Below are positions 47,382 through 58,300 of a stretch of DNA of 64,000 nt, one piece after another. This DNA is from an uncultured Gemmatimonadales bacterium (GTDB taxonomy: Bacteria > Gemmatimonadota > Gemmatimonadetes > Gemmatimonadales > GWC2-71-9). The notes beneath the pieces were generated by a model, which was not told the DNA's origin, did not search any database, and saw only the letters and a program-made list of their open reading frames with translations. Position 1 is the first letter of the stretch. Every line of letters begins with the position of its first letter. The position numbers and the translations under genes are program-made. The stretch lies in assembly GCA_963828735.1 (NCBI GenBank), contig CAWHFW010000002.1, positions 864,001 to 928,000 of the forward strand, given 5' to 3'.

Positions 47382-47783
47382 GTGGACCCCATCCGCCTCG
47401 CCTTGCTGGCGATGGGGTCCGGCATGGGTTTCGGTCTCACCGTCGTGAGCCTCACGGTCCTGGGCGTGGACCTGCTCCGGCCGGCCACGCCGGGACCCGC
47501 GGTCGCCGCCGGGCCAGTCTTCTACCTGCTCGTCTACGGCACGCTCGCCGGCCTCGTGCTGGCGGGCCTCGTCGCGTGGCGCCTCCTCGCGCCCGTCCCC
47601 TCCACCTACCGGCGGGGCGGCCTCAGCGTGGTCACCGCGTTCGCCACCGTGCTCCCGATGCTGCTCTGCATGGTCGCGAACCAGGTCGCCGGTCGCGCCG
47701 GGCTCGTGACGCTGGCCGCGGCGGCGCTCATGCTCGCCCTCCTGCTGGCCGCCCTCGCGCGCCGGGCGGGAGCGAGCGCGTGA
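47382..47783 (+). CDS. Hypothetical membrane protein (about 4 TM)
   Basis: Hydrophobic ORF that exactly fills the lpdA-lipB gap; GTGA overlap with lipB. Confidence 0.7.
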   Translation: MDPIRLALLAMGSGMGFGLTVVSLTVLGVDLLRPATPGPAVAAGPVFYLLVYGTLAGLVLAGLVAWRLLAPVPSTYRRGGLSVVTAFATVLPMLLCMVANQVAGRAGLVTLAAAALMLALLLAALARRAGASA

Positions 47784-48478
47784 GCCGCCGCCTCCTCATC
47801 GCCGAGCTCGGACGGCGTCCGTACGCCGACGTGCTCGACCTGCAGCGGGCCCTCTGTCGCGAGCGCATGGCGGGTGAGCGCCAGGACGACGTGCTGCTGC
47901 TCGTCGAGCACGAGCCGGTGGTCACGCTGGGTCGCGGCACGCGGCCGAGCAGCCTGCCGATCCCGGCGCCGATGCTCGCCGAACGTGGCGTGCCGGTGGT
48001 GGAAGTCGAGCGCGGCGGGGACGTGACCTACCATGGCCCGGGGCAGCTCGTCGGCTACCCGGTGCTGCAGCTCAGGGAGCATCGCGAGGACCTGCATTGG
48101 TATCTCCGGCAGCTCGAGGCGGTGGCCATCGAGGCGCTCGCGGCACTGGGCGTTTCCGCGGAGCGCAATCCCGGCCTTACCGGCGTGTGGACCCGTGGTC
48201 GCAAGATCGCGAGCATCGGCATTCACGTGAAGCAATGGGTGACGTTTCACGGCTTCGCCCTCAACGTGAGCACGGACCTCAGCGGCTTCGACCTCATCGT
48301 GCCCTGCGGGATCGCTGGCGTGGTGATGACGAGCGTGGCGGCGGAGCTGGGTCGCGCCGATCCGCCGGCGCTCTGGACGGCGGCCAGCCATGCCGTCGTC
48401 AAGTCGTTTACCCGCGCGTTCGGCTACGAGGCAACCGAGCCCGTGACGGTCGGCGAGCTCGAGGCGAAGCCCGCATGA
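47780..48478 (+). CDS. lipB: Lipoyl(octanoyl) transferase
   Basis: EHEPVVTLGR, RGGDVTYHGPGQLVGY, KIASIG, HGFALN, IVPCGI. Confidence 0.95.
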   Translation: MSRRLLIAELGRRPYADVLDLQRALCRERMAGERQDDVLLLVEHEPVVTLGRGTRPSSLPIPAPMLAERGVPVVEVERGGDVTYHGPGQLVGYPVLQLREHREDLHWYLRQLEAVAIEALAALGVSAERNPGLTGVWTRGRKIASIGIHVKQWVTFHGFALNVSTDLSGFDLIVPCGIAGVVMTSVAAELGRADPPALWTAASHAVVKSFTRAFGYEATEPVTVGELEAKPA

Positions 48479-48520
48479 GCCCAGGTCCGCCCATCGCACC
48501 GAGCCGGGAGTACGCGGCCG

Positions 48521-49144
48521 ATGACTGATCGCGTCGATCTCCGCGACACCGGCAGCCCGCGTCTACCGCCCGGCCAGATCATCACCCGGAAATGGCCGGT
48601 GCTGCACTACGGCACCGTGCCCTCGGTCGACCTCAGCGCCTGGCGATTCGAGGTGAGCGGCGCGGTGGAGCGCCCACTCTCCCTCACGTGGGACGAGCTC
48701 ATGGCGATTCCCCGGCGCGAGACCGTCTGCGACATCCACTGCGTCACGCGCTGGAGCCGGTACGACAACACGTTCGAGGGCGTGCCGGTGCAGGCGGTCC
48801 TCGAGCGCGCTGGCGTCAGGCCGGAGGCCGCGTTCGTCCTCGTCCACGCGGCGCAGGAGTTCACGACGAACCTGCCGCTGGCCGACCTGGATCGACCGGC
48901 CAACCTGCTCGCCCTCGCACACAACGGGGAGCCGCTGGCGCCGGAGCATGGCGGTCCAGTGCGGCTCCTGGTGCCGCATCTCTACTTCTGGAAGAGCGCG
49001 AAGTGGGTGACGGGACTACAGCTTCTGGAGGAGGACTACCCGGGCTTCTGGGAGCAGAACGGATACCACATGCGAGGCGATCCGTGGCGCGAGGAACGGT
49101 ACGGGCGGCCGGACCCGGTGCGCATGCGGCGGGGGCCACGGTGA
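48521..49144 (+). CDS. Sulfite-oxidase-like molybdopterin oxidoreductase
   Basis: RLPPGQ, DIHCVTRWS, EHGGPVRL, YFWKSAKW, GFWEQNGYH.RGDPW.EER. Confidence 0.9.
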   Translation: MTDRVDLRDTGSPRLPPGQIITRKWPVLHYGTVPSVDLSAWRFEVSGAVERPLSLTWDELMAIPRRETVCDIHCVTRWSRYDNTFEGVPVQAVLERAGVRPEAAFVLVHAAQEFTTNLPLADLDRPANLLALAHNGEPLAPEHGGPVRLLVPHLYFWKSAKWVTGLQLLEEDYPGFWEQNGYHMRGDPWREERYGRPDPVRMRRGPR

Positions 49145-49196
49145 CGTCGTTCGGCAAGCCTTGCCTTTGACGCTCAACCCGGTTTCTCTGCCTAAC

Positions 49197-49751
49197 ATGT
49201 CAGAATCGCCCCGACGTCCGTCGCCCGAGGCGCAGGCGGAACAGCGTATCAAGGACATTCTCCGCGCGGCGGATAGCTGGTCGAAGGAGGCCCCAGGGAC
49301 CCTCACGCCTGCCATCCGAGCCGTGTGCATCCGCCTGGCGGAGATGGTGGCCGACCAGCGCCACTACCTGGCGCCCCTGCCCGAGCCGCAGGAGACCGAG
49401 CGGCGCACCGTCCTCACCATCGTGGCCGATCGCCTGCGCTCGACCCCCGTCACCGAGGGGCTCACCGACCATCTGAAGGCCCTCGAGGAAATGGAGCTCC
49501 GCTCGACCGGCTCGTGGTCCATGGTCGCGTCCGCGCAGACCGAATGGATCACGACGGCGATACGCTATCTCGAGAGCTGCGCCACGAGGCTGCCGGCGGG
49601 GGAGCGGCCCGATCCGTACTGGGCCGATGACGTGGTGGCGGGCATCATCGCCTCGGCGCGCGCGCTCATCGGCGTGGACGAGCTGCATGCGCGCACCGAG
49701 GCGCGCTATTCGGGGCCTATCAAGCGGGTGACACCGGAGGAGGAGGCGTAG
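49197..49751 (+). CDS. Hypothetical protein
   Basis: Helical, protein-like composition; fills the gap between flanking genes. Confidence 0.65.
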   Translation: MSESPRRPSPEAQAEQRIKDILRAADSWSKEAPGTLTPAIRAVCIRLAEMVADQRHYLAPLPEPQETERRTVLTIVADRLRSTPVTEGLTDHLKALEEMELRSTGSWSMVASAQTEWITTAIRYLESCATRLPAGERPDPYWADDVVAGIIASARALIGVDELHARTEARYSGPIKRVTPEEEA

Positions 49752-51120
49752 CGGCCACCCCGGCCTCGGCAAATCGTTCGAAGAAGCGTCCGAAGATCTC
49801 GATCCCGCTCCAGAGCTGAGCGAGATCGAGTTTTTCATTGGGGGAGTGGAGCCCGTCGTCCGGCAGGCCGATCCCCGTCAGCAGCACCGGCGCGCCGGTG
49901 AGGCCCAGCTCGGGGACGATCGGAATCGAGCCGCCGGCGCGCACCCGCACAGCGGGGCGGCCGGTGACGGACGCGAAGGCGGCGTCGAGCACCTGGAACG
50001 CCGGGTGGCTCACGTCCACCTGCACGGGATCCCCGCCGTGGAGCAGGTTCACGTGCACGTCGGCCCAACGCGGCGCGAGCGACGCCACGGCGCGCTCCAG
50101 CTGTTTGCCGACCTTGACGTGGGACTGGCCTGGCACCAGCCGCAGGCTGACCTTCGCGGTGGCCTGCGCGGGGATCACCGTCTTGGCCCCTTCCCCGATG
50201 AAGCCGCCCTTGATCCCGTGGATCTCGAACGTCGGCAAAGCCCAGACGCGCTCGAATACCGAGTATTCCTTGAGTCCCGTGAGCACCTGAGCGGTGACTT
50301 CGTCCCGCGCGAAGGCGGCCTTGTCGAACGGGAGATGCTTCCAGCTCTTGAGCTCGGCCTTGGACGGCGGCTCGACGGCCTTGTAGAGTTTCGGAATCTG
50401 GATGTCGCCATCGGCGTCCTTGAGCTTGGCGAGTAGGCGGACCAGGGTCTCGAGCGCGTTTGGCGCGACGCCGCCGTACGTCCCGGAATGCAGGTCTCGC
50501 TGGAGCGTGCGCACCGAGATCTCGGCGTAGCACAGGCCCCGCAACGCCGTGTAGACGGCCGGCCATCCTGGTGCGTAGTAGGACATGTCGCAGACCAGGG
50601 CCGCATCCGCGCGGGTGCGCTCCGGCTCGGCGTGCAACAGGTCCGCGATGACGTGCCCGCCGCACTCCTCCTCGCCCTCGAAGATGAACCGCACGTTGAG
50701 CGGCGGACGACGCTCGCCGTCAAGCGTGGCTTCGTAGGCCTTGAGCAGGCAGAACACCTGGCCCTTGTCGTCTGCCGCGCCGCGGGCATACAGGCGGCCG
50801 TCGCGCACGGTCGGCTCGAAGGGCGGACTGGTCCACTCCTCGAGCGGATCGGGCGGCTGCACGTCGTAGTGGCCGTAGATCAGGAGCGTCGGCCGATCGG
50901 GCACGTGCGGGCTCTCCGCCCACACGACCGGATGGCCGTTTCCTTCGACGAGCTGGACGGTGGGGCACCCCAGGCTGCCGAGCTCGTCGCGCAGCCACTC
51001 CGCCGCGCGCCGGCAATCGGCGGCGTGGCTCGGGAGGGCGCTCACACTAGGAATCGACAGGAAGCTGGAGAGCTCGCCCAGCAGGCGGCTCTGCTCGCGG
51101 GCTACGAAGCTGGTATCCAT
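49720..51120 (-). CDS. M20 family dipeptidase
   Basis: YGHYDVQP, ARGAADDKGQ, EGEEE, DLHSG, GGSIP, HSPNE. Confidence 0.92.
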   Translation of the reverse strand: MDTSFVAREQSRLLGELSSFLSIPSVSALPSHAADCRRAAEWLRDELGSLGCPTVQLVEGNGHPVVWAESPHVPDRPTLLIYGHYDVQPPDPLEEWTSPPFEPTVRDGRLYARGAADDKGQVFCLLKAYEATLDGERRPPLNVRFIFEGEEECGGHVIADLLHAEPERTRADAALVCDMSYYAPGWPAVYTALRGLCYAEISVRTLQRDLHSGTYGGVAPNALETLVRLLAKLKDADGDIQIPKLYKAVEPPSKAELKSWKHLPFDKAAFARDEVTAQVLTGLKEYSVFERVWALPTFEIHGIKGGFIGEGAKTVIPAQATAKVSLRLVPGQSHVKVGKQLERAVASLAPRWADVHVNLLHGGDPVQVDVSHPAFQVLDAAFASVTGRPAVRVRAGGSIPIVPELGLTGAPVLLTGIGLPDDGLHSPNEKLDLAQLWSGIEIFGRFFERFAEAGVAATPPPPVSPA

Positions 51121-51285
51121 GGCCGAGAAAACTACACCGGATAAAAGACCGCGCGAGGGCCGGTGACCTGTCTCACCGACCTCCACCTGCCCGCGCGCCT
51201 ACCCTCCCGGGACCACGATTTCGGAATGCGGGTCGGCACGCGAGGGCGGTCGTTGCCGCGCTCCAGCACAAGGGTTGGAGGAAGG

Positions 51286-51702
51286 ATGTCGAGAGGTCAA
51301 CTCATGGCAGCTATCGCGGCGCTGGCGGTCTGCGCCACGGCGCCGCGCCTGGCCGCGCAAGATACATCCTCAACCAGGCGGGCTCGGCCCGACACAGCGG
51401 GGTACGGCAGGGGCGCCGGGGTGGATACCAGCGCGCGCCCAGGACGCGTCGGCGCCATCGATACCACGATGGCCCCCATGGACAGCCTTCGCACGGGCCG
51501 GGATTCGCTGGGCGCCGGCGGCGGCGCAGGTGACACAAGCGGCGTGGGAGGCCGGCAACCGGACTCGGCCAGGCCAGGCGACCGCGCGAGCCCGCGCGCC
51601 GGAACGGGCGCGATGGATTCGGCCAGCGTCGCCAAGCCCACCAAGCAGGCCGAGCAGAGCACCTCCCGAACTGGCGACTCCGCGGGCACCGGCTCGCCAT
51701 AA
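51286..51702 (+). CDS. Secreted low-complexity protein
   Basis: GGAGG RBS, signal peptide (LAA-Q), repeated DTS/DTT/DSA units. Confidence 0.6.
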   Translation: MSRGQLMAAIAALAVCATAPRLAAQDTSSTRRARPDTAGYGRGAGVDTSARPGRVGAIDTTMAPMDSLRTGRDSLGAGGGAGDTSGVGGRQPDSARPGDRASPRAGTGAMDSASVAKPTKQAEQSTSRTGDSAGTGSP

Positions 51703-51727
51703 TCGGCCGGCCGGTTCCCAGACGTAG

Positions 51728-51761
51728 CGAAGGGGGCATGCGATGCGGCATGCCCCCTTCG
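51728..51761. terminator. Bidirectional terminator-like hairpin
   Basis: CGAAGGGGGCATGC-gatgcg-GCATGCCCCCTTCG between convergent genes. Confidence 0.75.
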
Positions 51762-51792
51762 TCGTCTGCGCTCCGTGCGAGTGCGAGCGGAC

Positions 51793-52905
51793 CTACGGCG
51801 TGCTGTCGCGAGCGGCGTGCAGCGTGTCCACGGTCGACAGCGTGTCGCCGAGGGCGCCGGCCAGACGCACGTAGGCGCTGTCCCCGGTGACACCCTTCAT
51901 AAGCGTATCGAGCGTCGCGACGCTGACCCGAATGTCCTGGTTGTGTTGGTCGAACCAGCGGTCGAACAGGTCGAGCCTGGTGCGGTAGAGCCGCGCACCG
52001 ACGAGGCGGGCGTTGTTGACCGGACGCTCCGGCACCCGGCCGATCGTGATCGTGCGAAGCCGCGCCGCCACCGGGCCCTGCAGCTCCTCGCGTGCCCAGG
52101 CGCCCGCATCCGCGCGACCCTGTTCCAGAGCAGCCGAATCGGGGCGCGAGCCGTAGAGCGTCTGGAGCCGGCCGACGAGCGCCGAGTAGAACTCGCCGAG
52201 CACGATCTCGTCGTGCCAGCGGTCGGCGGCGCGCCGCGCGAGCACTGTGTCGCCCTGGTCACGAAAGAATGCCTGCGCGGAGTGGTAGCCGACGAACTGG
52301 GCGTAGCTCTCGTTGAACGGCGTCGCGCTCTTCACGTAGAGCGTGTTGTGCGCGATCTCGTGAAACACGGTCGCGGCGAGCTCGACGGAGTCGCCTGTGA
52401 GCGCGGTCGAGAGCAGCGGGTCGTTGAACCATCCCAGCGTCGAGAACGCCGAGGACGGTCGCAGGTAGATGTCGTAGCCGGCGCCGGCCAGGCGATCGGC
52501 CTCGCGCCGGGCGGCGTCGAGGTCGAAGAAGCCCTTGTAGGGGATCCGGCCGACGATCGGGTACTTCCAGGTGTGCGGACAGATGCAGTTGCGCGGCGAG
52601 GCCTGCAGCACGAGGAGCAGCGTGTCGCGGCCCACGTCCGCGTAGGTCGTGTACGTCTCCTTGGCCTCGAGCCCGAGCCGTGCGGCGTAATCGCGACTCG
52701 CCACCACGAGGCCCAGCGCGCTTCGAAGGGATGGATCGGTCCCGGGGTCGGCGGCGAGGTCGGCGATCGGCTGCCGCGACTGCAGGATGCTGGTTTCCTC
52801 GAGGCCCGCGCGCGTCAGGTAACGCACGTCGTCGCTCGCGAGATAGGCGGTCCCATACCCCGCGAAGATCGCGGCGACCACCACGAGGAAGAACATGCGC
52901 TTCAC
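51793..52905 (-). CDS. Putative zinc aminopeptidase (DUF2265-like), exported
   Basis: W.YPIVG.IPYKGFF, AFSTLGWFNDP, FHEIAH, FNES.A, NNA; GTGA overlap. Confidence 0.85.
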   Translation of the reverse strand: MKRMFFLVVVAAIFAGYGTAYLASDDVRYLTRAGLEETSILQSRQPIADLAADPGTDPSLRSALGLVVASRDYAARLGLEAKETYTTYADVGRDTLLLVLQASPRNCICPHTWKYPIVGRIPYKGFFDLDAARREADRLAGAGYDIYLRPSSAFSTLGWFNDPLLSTALTGDSVELAATVFHEIAHNTLYVKSATPFNESYAQFVGYHSAQAFFRDQGDTVLARRAADRWHDEIVLGEFYSALVGRLQTLYGSRPDSAALEQGRADAGAWAREELQGPVAARLRTITIGRVPERPVNNARLVGARLYRTRLDLFDRWFDQHNQDIRVSVATLDTLMKGVTGDSAYVRLAGALGDTLSTVDTLHAARDSTP

Positions 52906-54578
52906 CGAATCCGGACGAGGCCGACGAACGGCGCGGACGACCCCGGAATGGCCGTGGTACCGTCCGAGCCCGTCAAGGTCAGGGTCACCGGGGGCGCACT
53001 CGCATCCTGGTCCACGAGGAGGTGACGCCCGGAGCCCGCGAGCAGCGTGCCGGTCTCGCTGTAGGCGCCGTTCGTGGCGACAGGCGGCTCGAGCGGCGCG
53101 GCACGAGGAAACAGGCCGGGCGCCTGGGCGTGGAGCGACGCGTAGGTGGCGCGGAAATTCCACGAGGTGTATTGCAGGAGCGGATCGGCCGGCGTGAAGC
53201 CGGGCAGATCATCGAGGTAGTTGGCGAGCTGCCAGTTCATCACGAGCGAGCCGAATTGGGCGCTCGTGGCGTTGGCCACGTTGCTCGCGCCGGTGTGGTC
53301 GCTGCCGTCGAGCTTCCGGGTCAGGTCGGTGCCGATGACGGGCGTCGTCGCGTAGTGGTCCATGAGCCAACGCACGAACAGCCACCCCGAGCCGTACTCC
53401 TCGAGCGGCAGGGGCACCCGGTCCGGCCCGATGAGATAGTTGGAGATCGGATCGCTCAGGTAGCGCGACGCGTTGTCCAGGTTGATCAGGCTGAATTGGG
53501 TCAGGCAGTCGGTGTTGGTGCACAGCGCGTCGGGCACGAGTCGCCCGCCCAGTTCCTCCGCGAAGGAGGACAGGCCTTCGTTGAGCCAGGTCTGCTCGGG
53601 GTTCCCGCCGTGGACCAGCACGTGCTGGTTGTAGCTGATCATGTGCTGAAACTCGTGGATCATCACCGGTGGGAGCGAGGAGCGAGCGTCCTGCACGTCA
53701 ATGTTGCAGCTCGCGTCCGGCACGAGGCCGTAGAAGATCTCGCCGGCGTTCGAGCCGACATGCGCCGGCGACAGGTCGAACGGCAGGAAGAAGCCGACGA
53801 CGACCGAGCCACCGCTGCACGAAATGAGCTTCGTCACCCGATCGGTGAGTAGGATCAGCACGAGGCCGTTCTGGTCGATGTCGGACTCGCGACCGAACGC
53901 CGTGGTATCGATCGGATAGAGATGGGCATCGAACATCGAGCCGATCGCCTGGAGATCGGCATCCGAGTATGTCGGGGCGGGCGCCGCATCATCCAGGTAC
54001 ACCGCGCTGGTCGTGCTGACGTACCGCACCGTGGCGGTGACCTGCACGTAATCCGAAGGCTTGGTGCCGGTGGCCGTACCGCTCTCCAGGACGTTGAAGG
54101 TCCGCTTCTCCCCGATCGTCGGCGGCGCAGCCATCACACTGGCCTGCGCGGGCGGCGTGATCCGGGCCGCGGCGGCCTCCCGCGCGGCGGACCGCTCCAT
54201 GTCGCGAAGTCTCGCGTGGAACGCGCGGGCCGGGGCCGCCTGCCGGAACGACGCGAGTGGTCGAGCGGGCGTGCTCCGCGCCGCGGTGAGCCCGCCGCCG
54301 GCGCCCGTCAGATGGAACGGCGCCGACGTGCCTTGCTCGCTGAAGGTAGCCTCGGTAATTCCGGCAAAGTACAGGTACTCCGCGCCGGCCGATCCCGCCG
54401 CCGGAAGCTCGACGCACCCCTGGGTCGCCGCATCGATGATCGTGCCCTGCCCGGGCGACAGGGTGGTCGGCCCGGCCGCGGCGCAATCCACGGGGGTCGG
54501 CTGTTCGGGATCGCTCCCGCAGGCCACCAGGAGGGTGATACCGAGGAGAAGCGCCCTACGAGAGTCGAACGGGATCAC
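52902..54578 (-). CDS. Lipoprotein zinc metallopeptidase (gluzincin, M30-like)
   Basis: Lipobox LVAC; FG.ESDIDQNG, VGFF, HEFQHMI, WLNEGLS..AE; start uncertain. Confidence 0.78.
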   Translation of the reverse strand: MIPFDSRRALLLGITLLVACGSDPEQPTPVDCAAAGPTTLSPGQGTIIDAATQGCVELPAAGSAGAEYLYFAGITEATFSEQGTSAPFHLTGAGGGLTAARSTPARPLASFRQAAPARAFHARLRDMERSAAREAAAARITPPAQASVMAAPPTIGEKRTFNVLESGTATGTKPSDYVQVTATVRYVSTTSAVYLDDAAPAPTYSDADLQAIGSMFDAHLYPIDTTAFGRESDIDQNGLVLILLTDRVTKLISCSGGSVVVGFFLPFDLSPAHVGSNAGEIFYGLVPDASCNIDVQDARSSLPPVMIHEFQHMISYNQHVLVHGGNPEQTWLNEGLSSFAEELGGRLVPDALCTNTDCLTQFSLINLDNASRYLSDPISNYLIGPDRVPLPLEEYGSGWLFVRWLMDHYATTPVIGTDLTRKLDGSDHTGASNVANATSAQFGSLVMNWQLANYLDDLPGFTPADPLLQYTSWNFRATYASLHAQAPGLFPRAAPLEPPVATNGAYSETGTLLAGSGRHLLVDQDASAPPVTLTLTGSDGTTAIPGSSAPFVGLVRIR

Positions 54579-54682
54579 GGACGGGAGCTCCGGACGGGCA
54601 CGTGGAAGGGGGATGGATCGGAGCAAGATAAGGAGCCACAAAGGCTTTTGACAATCATTTGTGGTCCCGGTACCTTCTGGCG

Positions 54683-55345
54683 GTGTCCGACGACAGCTGG
54701 CTGGCCGGGGTCCGATTCGGAACGGACGGACTGGTGCCGGTGGTGGCCCAGGAGAGCCGTTCCGGCGACGTCCTGATGGTCGCCTATGCCAACCGTGAGG
54801 CGCTGGAGCGCACGGCGGCGACGGGGCGGGCGCATTACTTCAGCCGATCACGCAAGACCCTTTGGCGCAAGGGTGAGACGTCCGGCCACGAGCAGGTGAT
54901 CCGGGAGATCCGGATCGATTGCGACGGAGACGCGATCCTGTATCGCGTGGAGCAGGTCGGTCCCGCGTGCCACACCGGCAGCCGCACCTGCTTCTCGACC
55001 GCGGTGGGTTCGGACGGCCGCTCCTCCGCCGGTGAGGATCCCGGCGCCCATCTGTTGGGCCGGCTCGCGGCGACCATCGCCTCCCGAGCAGGGCAACGTC
55101 CCGCCGGCTCGTACACCGTTGAGTTGCTTGACCGCGGGGTGTCCCGGATCTCGCAGAAGGTGGGCGAGGAAGCGGTCGAAGTCGTCGTGGCGGCGACTGC
55201 GGAGGAGCCCGAGCGTCTCGCGTCCGAGGCGGCCGATCTCCTCTATCATCTTCTGGTGCTGCTGCAGGCTCGCGGTGTCCCGCTGGACGCCGTCTGGGGC
55301 GAGCTGGCGCGCAGGGAGTCACACGGCGGCAAAGGCGAATCGTAG
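54683..55345 (+). CDS. hisIE: Bifunctional phosphoribosyl-AMP cyclohydrolase / phosphoribosyl-ATP diphosphatase
   Basis: SRSR..LW.KGETSGH, DCDGD, ACHTG..TCF, KVGEEA.E, EAADL.YH. Confidence 0.95.
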   Translation: MSDDSWLAGVRFGTDGLVPVVAQESRSGDVLMVAYANREALERTAATGRAHYFSRSRKTLWRKGETSGHEQVIREIRIDCDGDAILYRVEQVGPACHTGSRTCFSTAVGSDGRSSAGEDPGAHLLGRLAATIASRAGQRPAGSYTVELLDRGVSRISQKVGEEAVEVVVAATAEEPERLASEAADLLYHLLVLLQARGVPLDAVWGELARRESHGGKGES

Positions 55346-55388
55346 GAGGTAGCCCACGACCTACGAGCGCCGACGTCCGACCGCACCT

Positions 55389-58300
55389 ATGTCCTTCGTT
55401 CATCTCCACACTCACAGCGAATACTCGTTGCTCGACGGGGCCAGCCAGATCCCTGATCTCGTCGCGCACGTCAAGAAGCTCGGCATGGACAGCCTGGCCG
55501 TCACCGACCACGGCAACATGCACGCGGCCTGGTCCTTCTACGAGGAGGCCAAGGCCCAGAAGCTCCGGCCCATCCTCGGCTTCGAGGCCTACCTCGCGTT
55601 CGGGCCGCGCCAGGCGCGCGAGAAGCCCGCCAACGCCCCCGCGGCCTATAGCCACCTCGTCCTGCTCGCGAAGAATCGGGCGGGATACAAGAATCTCGTG
55701 CGCCTGACGTCGATCGGGTTCACCGAGGGGTTCTACCGGCGGCCGCGGATCGACAGGGAGTCCCTGGAGCGGTACAGCGAGGGGGTGGTCTGCCTGGCCG
55801 CGTGCCTCTCGGGCGAGGTGTCGTTGCACCTGCGGCAGGGCAGATACGAGGAGGCGAAACGCACCGCCGAGTGGTTCTCGCGGGTCTTCGGCCCCGACGG
55901 CTTCTGGCTCGAGGTTCAGCACCACGGGATCGCGGAGGAGCGGCTGGTTACCGAAGGCATGCTGCGGCTCGGGCAGGAGCTGGGCGTGGGCGTGGTGGCG
56001 ACCAACGACGCCCACTACCTGCGCCGCGAGGATGCCGAGTCGCACGACGTGCTCCTCGCGATCGGCACGGGGAGCGATCTCGACGACCCGAAGCGGTTCC
56101 GCTTCACCGGTGAGGAATCGTACGTCAAGTCCGAAAAGGAGATGAAGGCCCTTTTTCCGGACCATCCCGAAGTGCTGGCCAACACGCAGATCGTCGCGAA
56201 TCTCTGCGAGTTCGACTTCGAGAAGCGCTACTTCCTGCCCGGGTTCCCCCGCCCCGCTGGGTACTCGACCGACGAAGCGCTGTTGGGCGACCTCGCCCGC
56301 CGGGGGGCGGAGCACCGCTACGGGACGCCGCTGCCCCCCGCGGTGGAAGAACGGCTGGCGTACGAGCTCGGCGTGATCACCACCGCCGGCTACGCGGGTT
56401 ACTTCCTCATCGTGCAGGACTTCATCGCGGCCGCCCGCGAGCGCGGGATCCCCGTGGGCCCGGGCCGCGGATCGGCGGCGGGCTCGATCGTAGCCTACGC
56501 GCTCGGCATCACCAACGTCTGCCCGCTCAGGTTCGACCTCCTGTTCGAGCGCTTCCTGAACCCCGAGCGCGTGTCGATGCCCGACATCGACGTGGACTTC
56601 TGCTTCGAGCGGCGGGGCGAGGTCATCGAATACGTGCGGCAGCGCTACGGCCGGAGCAGCGTGGGCCAGATCGTCACGTTCGGCACCATGAAGGCGCGCG
56701 CCGCCGTGAAGGACGTGGCGCGCGTGCTTCGGATTCCGCCGGGAGAAGCCGATCGACTCACGAAGCTGATCCCCTCGGGCCCGGCGTACAGCCTGACGAT
56801 CCCCGAGGCCGAGAAGAAGGTCGACGAGCTCCGCGACCTGGTGAAGGGCAATCCGGGATACCGACGGCTTCTGGACCTGAGCTCGAGGATCGAGGGCATC
56901 TCGCGCCACATGTCGGTGCACGCGGCGGGCGTCGTCATCGCGCCGGGGCCGCTGGCGGAGTACGTGCCGGTGTGCACCGCCCCCACGCGGGGCGCCGGCG
57001 CCGCCGCGGACGGCGAAGAGTCCATCATCACGCAGTACGAGATGGGCGCGCTCGAGAAGGTCGGCATGCTCAAGATGGACATGCTCGGCCTCAAGACGCT
57101 CACGGTCATCCACGACGCCGGCCTGATGATCGCCGCGCGGACGGGCGTGGACGTGGACATGGACACGCTGCCGTTCGACGATCCCAAGGTCTACGAGCTG
57201 CTCCGGCACGGTCGCACCGCCGGCGTGTTCCAGTTCGAGTCCCCGCTCGCGACCGACACGCTCCGCGCGATGAAGTGCGACCGGTTCGACGACCTCGTCG
57301 CCTCGAACGCCCTCCTCCGGCCCGGCCCGCTCGACGCCGGCATGCATACCGTGTTCATCCGCCGGAAGCTCGGCCTGGAGAAGGTCACCTACCCGCATCC
57401 GTCGCTGCAGGAGGTGCTCGAGCCCACCTACGGCGTCATCACCTATCAGGAACAGGTGATGCGAATCGCCAACGTCCTCGCCGGCTTCACGCTGGCCGAA
57501 GCCGACGTGCTCCGGAAGGCGGTGGGCAAGAAGGATGCGGACCTCATCAAGAAGGAGCTGGGCAAGTTCTGCGAGCGGGCGATGGCGCTGGGCCATCCCA
57601 AACGGCTCGTGGACGACCTGGCCGCGCAGATCGAGACGTTCGGCCGGTACGGCTTCAACAAATCGCACTCGGTCGCCTACTCCGTCCTCTCGTACCAGAC
57701 GGCGTGGCTCAAGGCCCACTACCCCGCCGAGTTCATGGCGGCGCTGCTGTCGTCGGAAATCGGCAATACCGACAAGGTGGTGCAGTACATCAACGAGGCG
57801 CGCGAGCTCGATCTCGAGGTGTTGCCCCCGGACGTGAACGAGTCGGGGTTCAAGTTCACGGTGGTCGGCGACCACCGCATTCGCTTCGGCCTGGGCGCCA
57901 TCCGGAACGTCGGCTGGGGAGCCATCGAGAGCATCATCGCGGCCCGCCAGGACGCGGCGTTCACCACGCTGGCCGACTTCGTCGAGCGCATCGACCTGCG
58001 GCTCTGCAACAAGCGGGTGCTCGAGTCGCTCATCGTGGCCGGCGCCTGCGATGGACTGGGCGGGCACCGGAAGCAGCTGTGCGAGGCGCTCGACGCCGTG
58101 CTCGGCGAGGCCCAGCTGCTCCAGGCGGAGCAGGAGGCCGGCCAGGCCTCGCTGTTCGGCGAGAGCACGACGCCGCGGCCGCGGCGCATCGACCTGCCCG
58201 ACGTGCCGCCCTGGACCGAGGCCGAGCGGCTGGTGAAGGAAAAGGAGGTGCTCGGCTTCTTCATCTCGGGCCATCCCCTGGAACGCTTCCGTTCGGAAGT

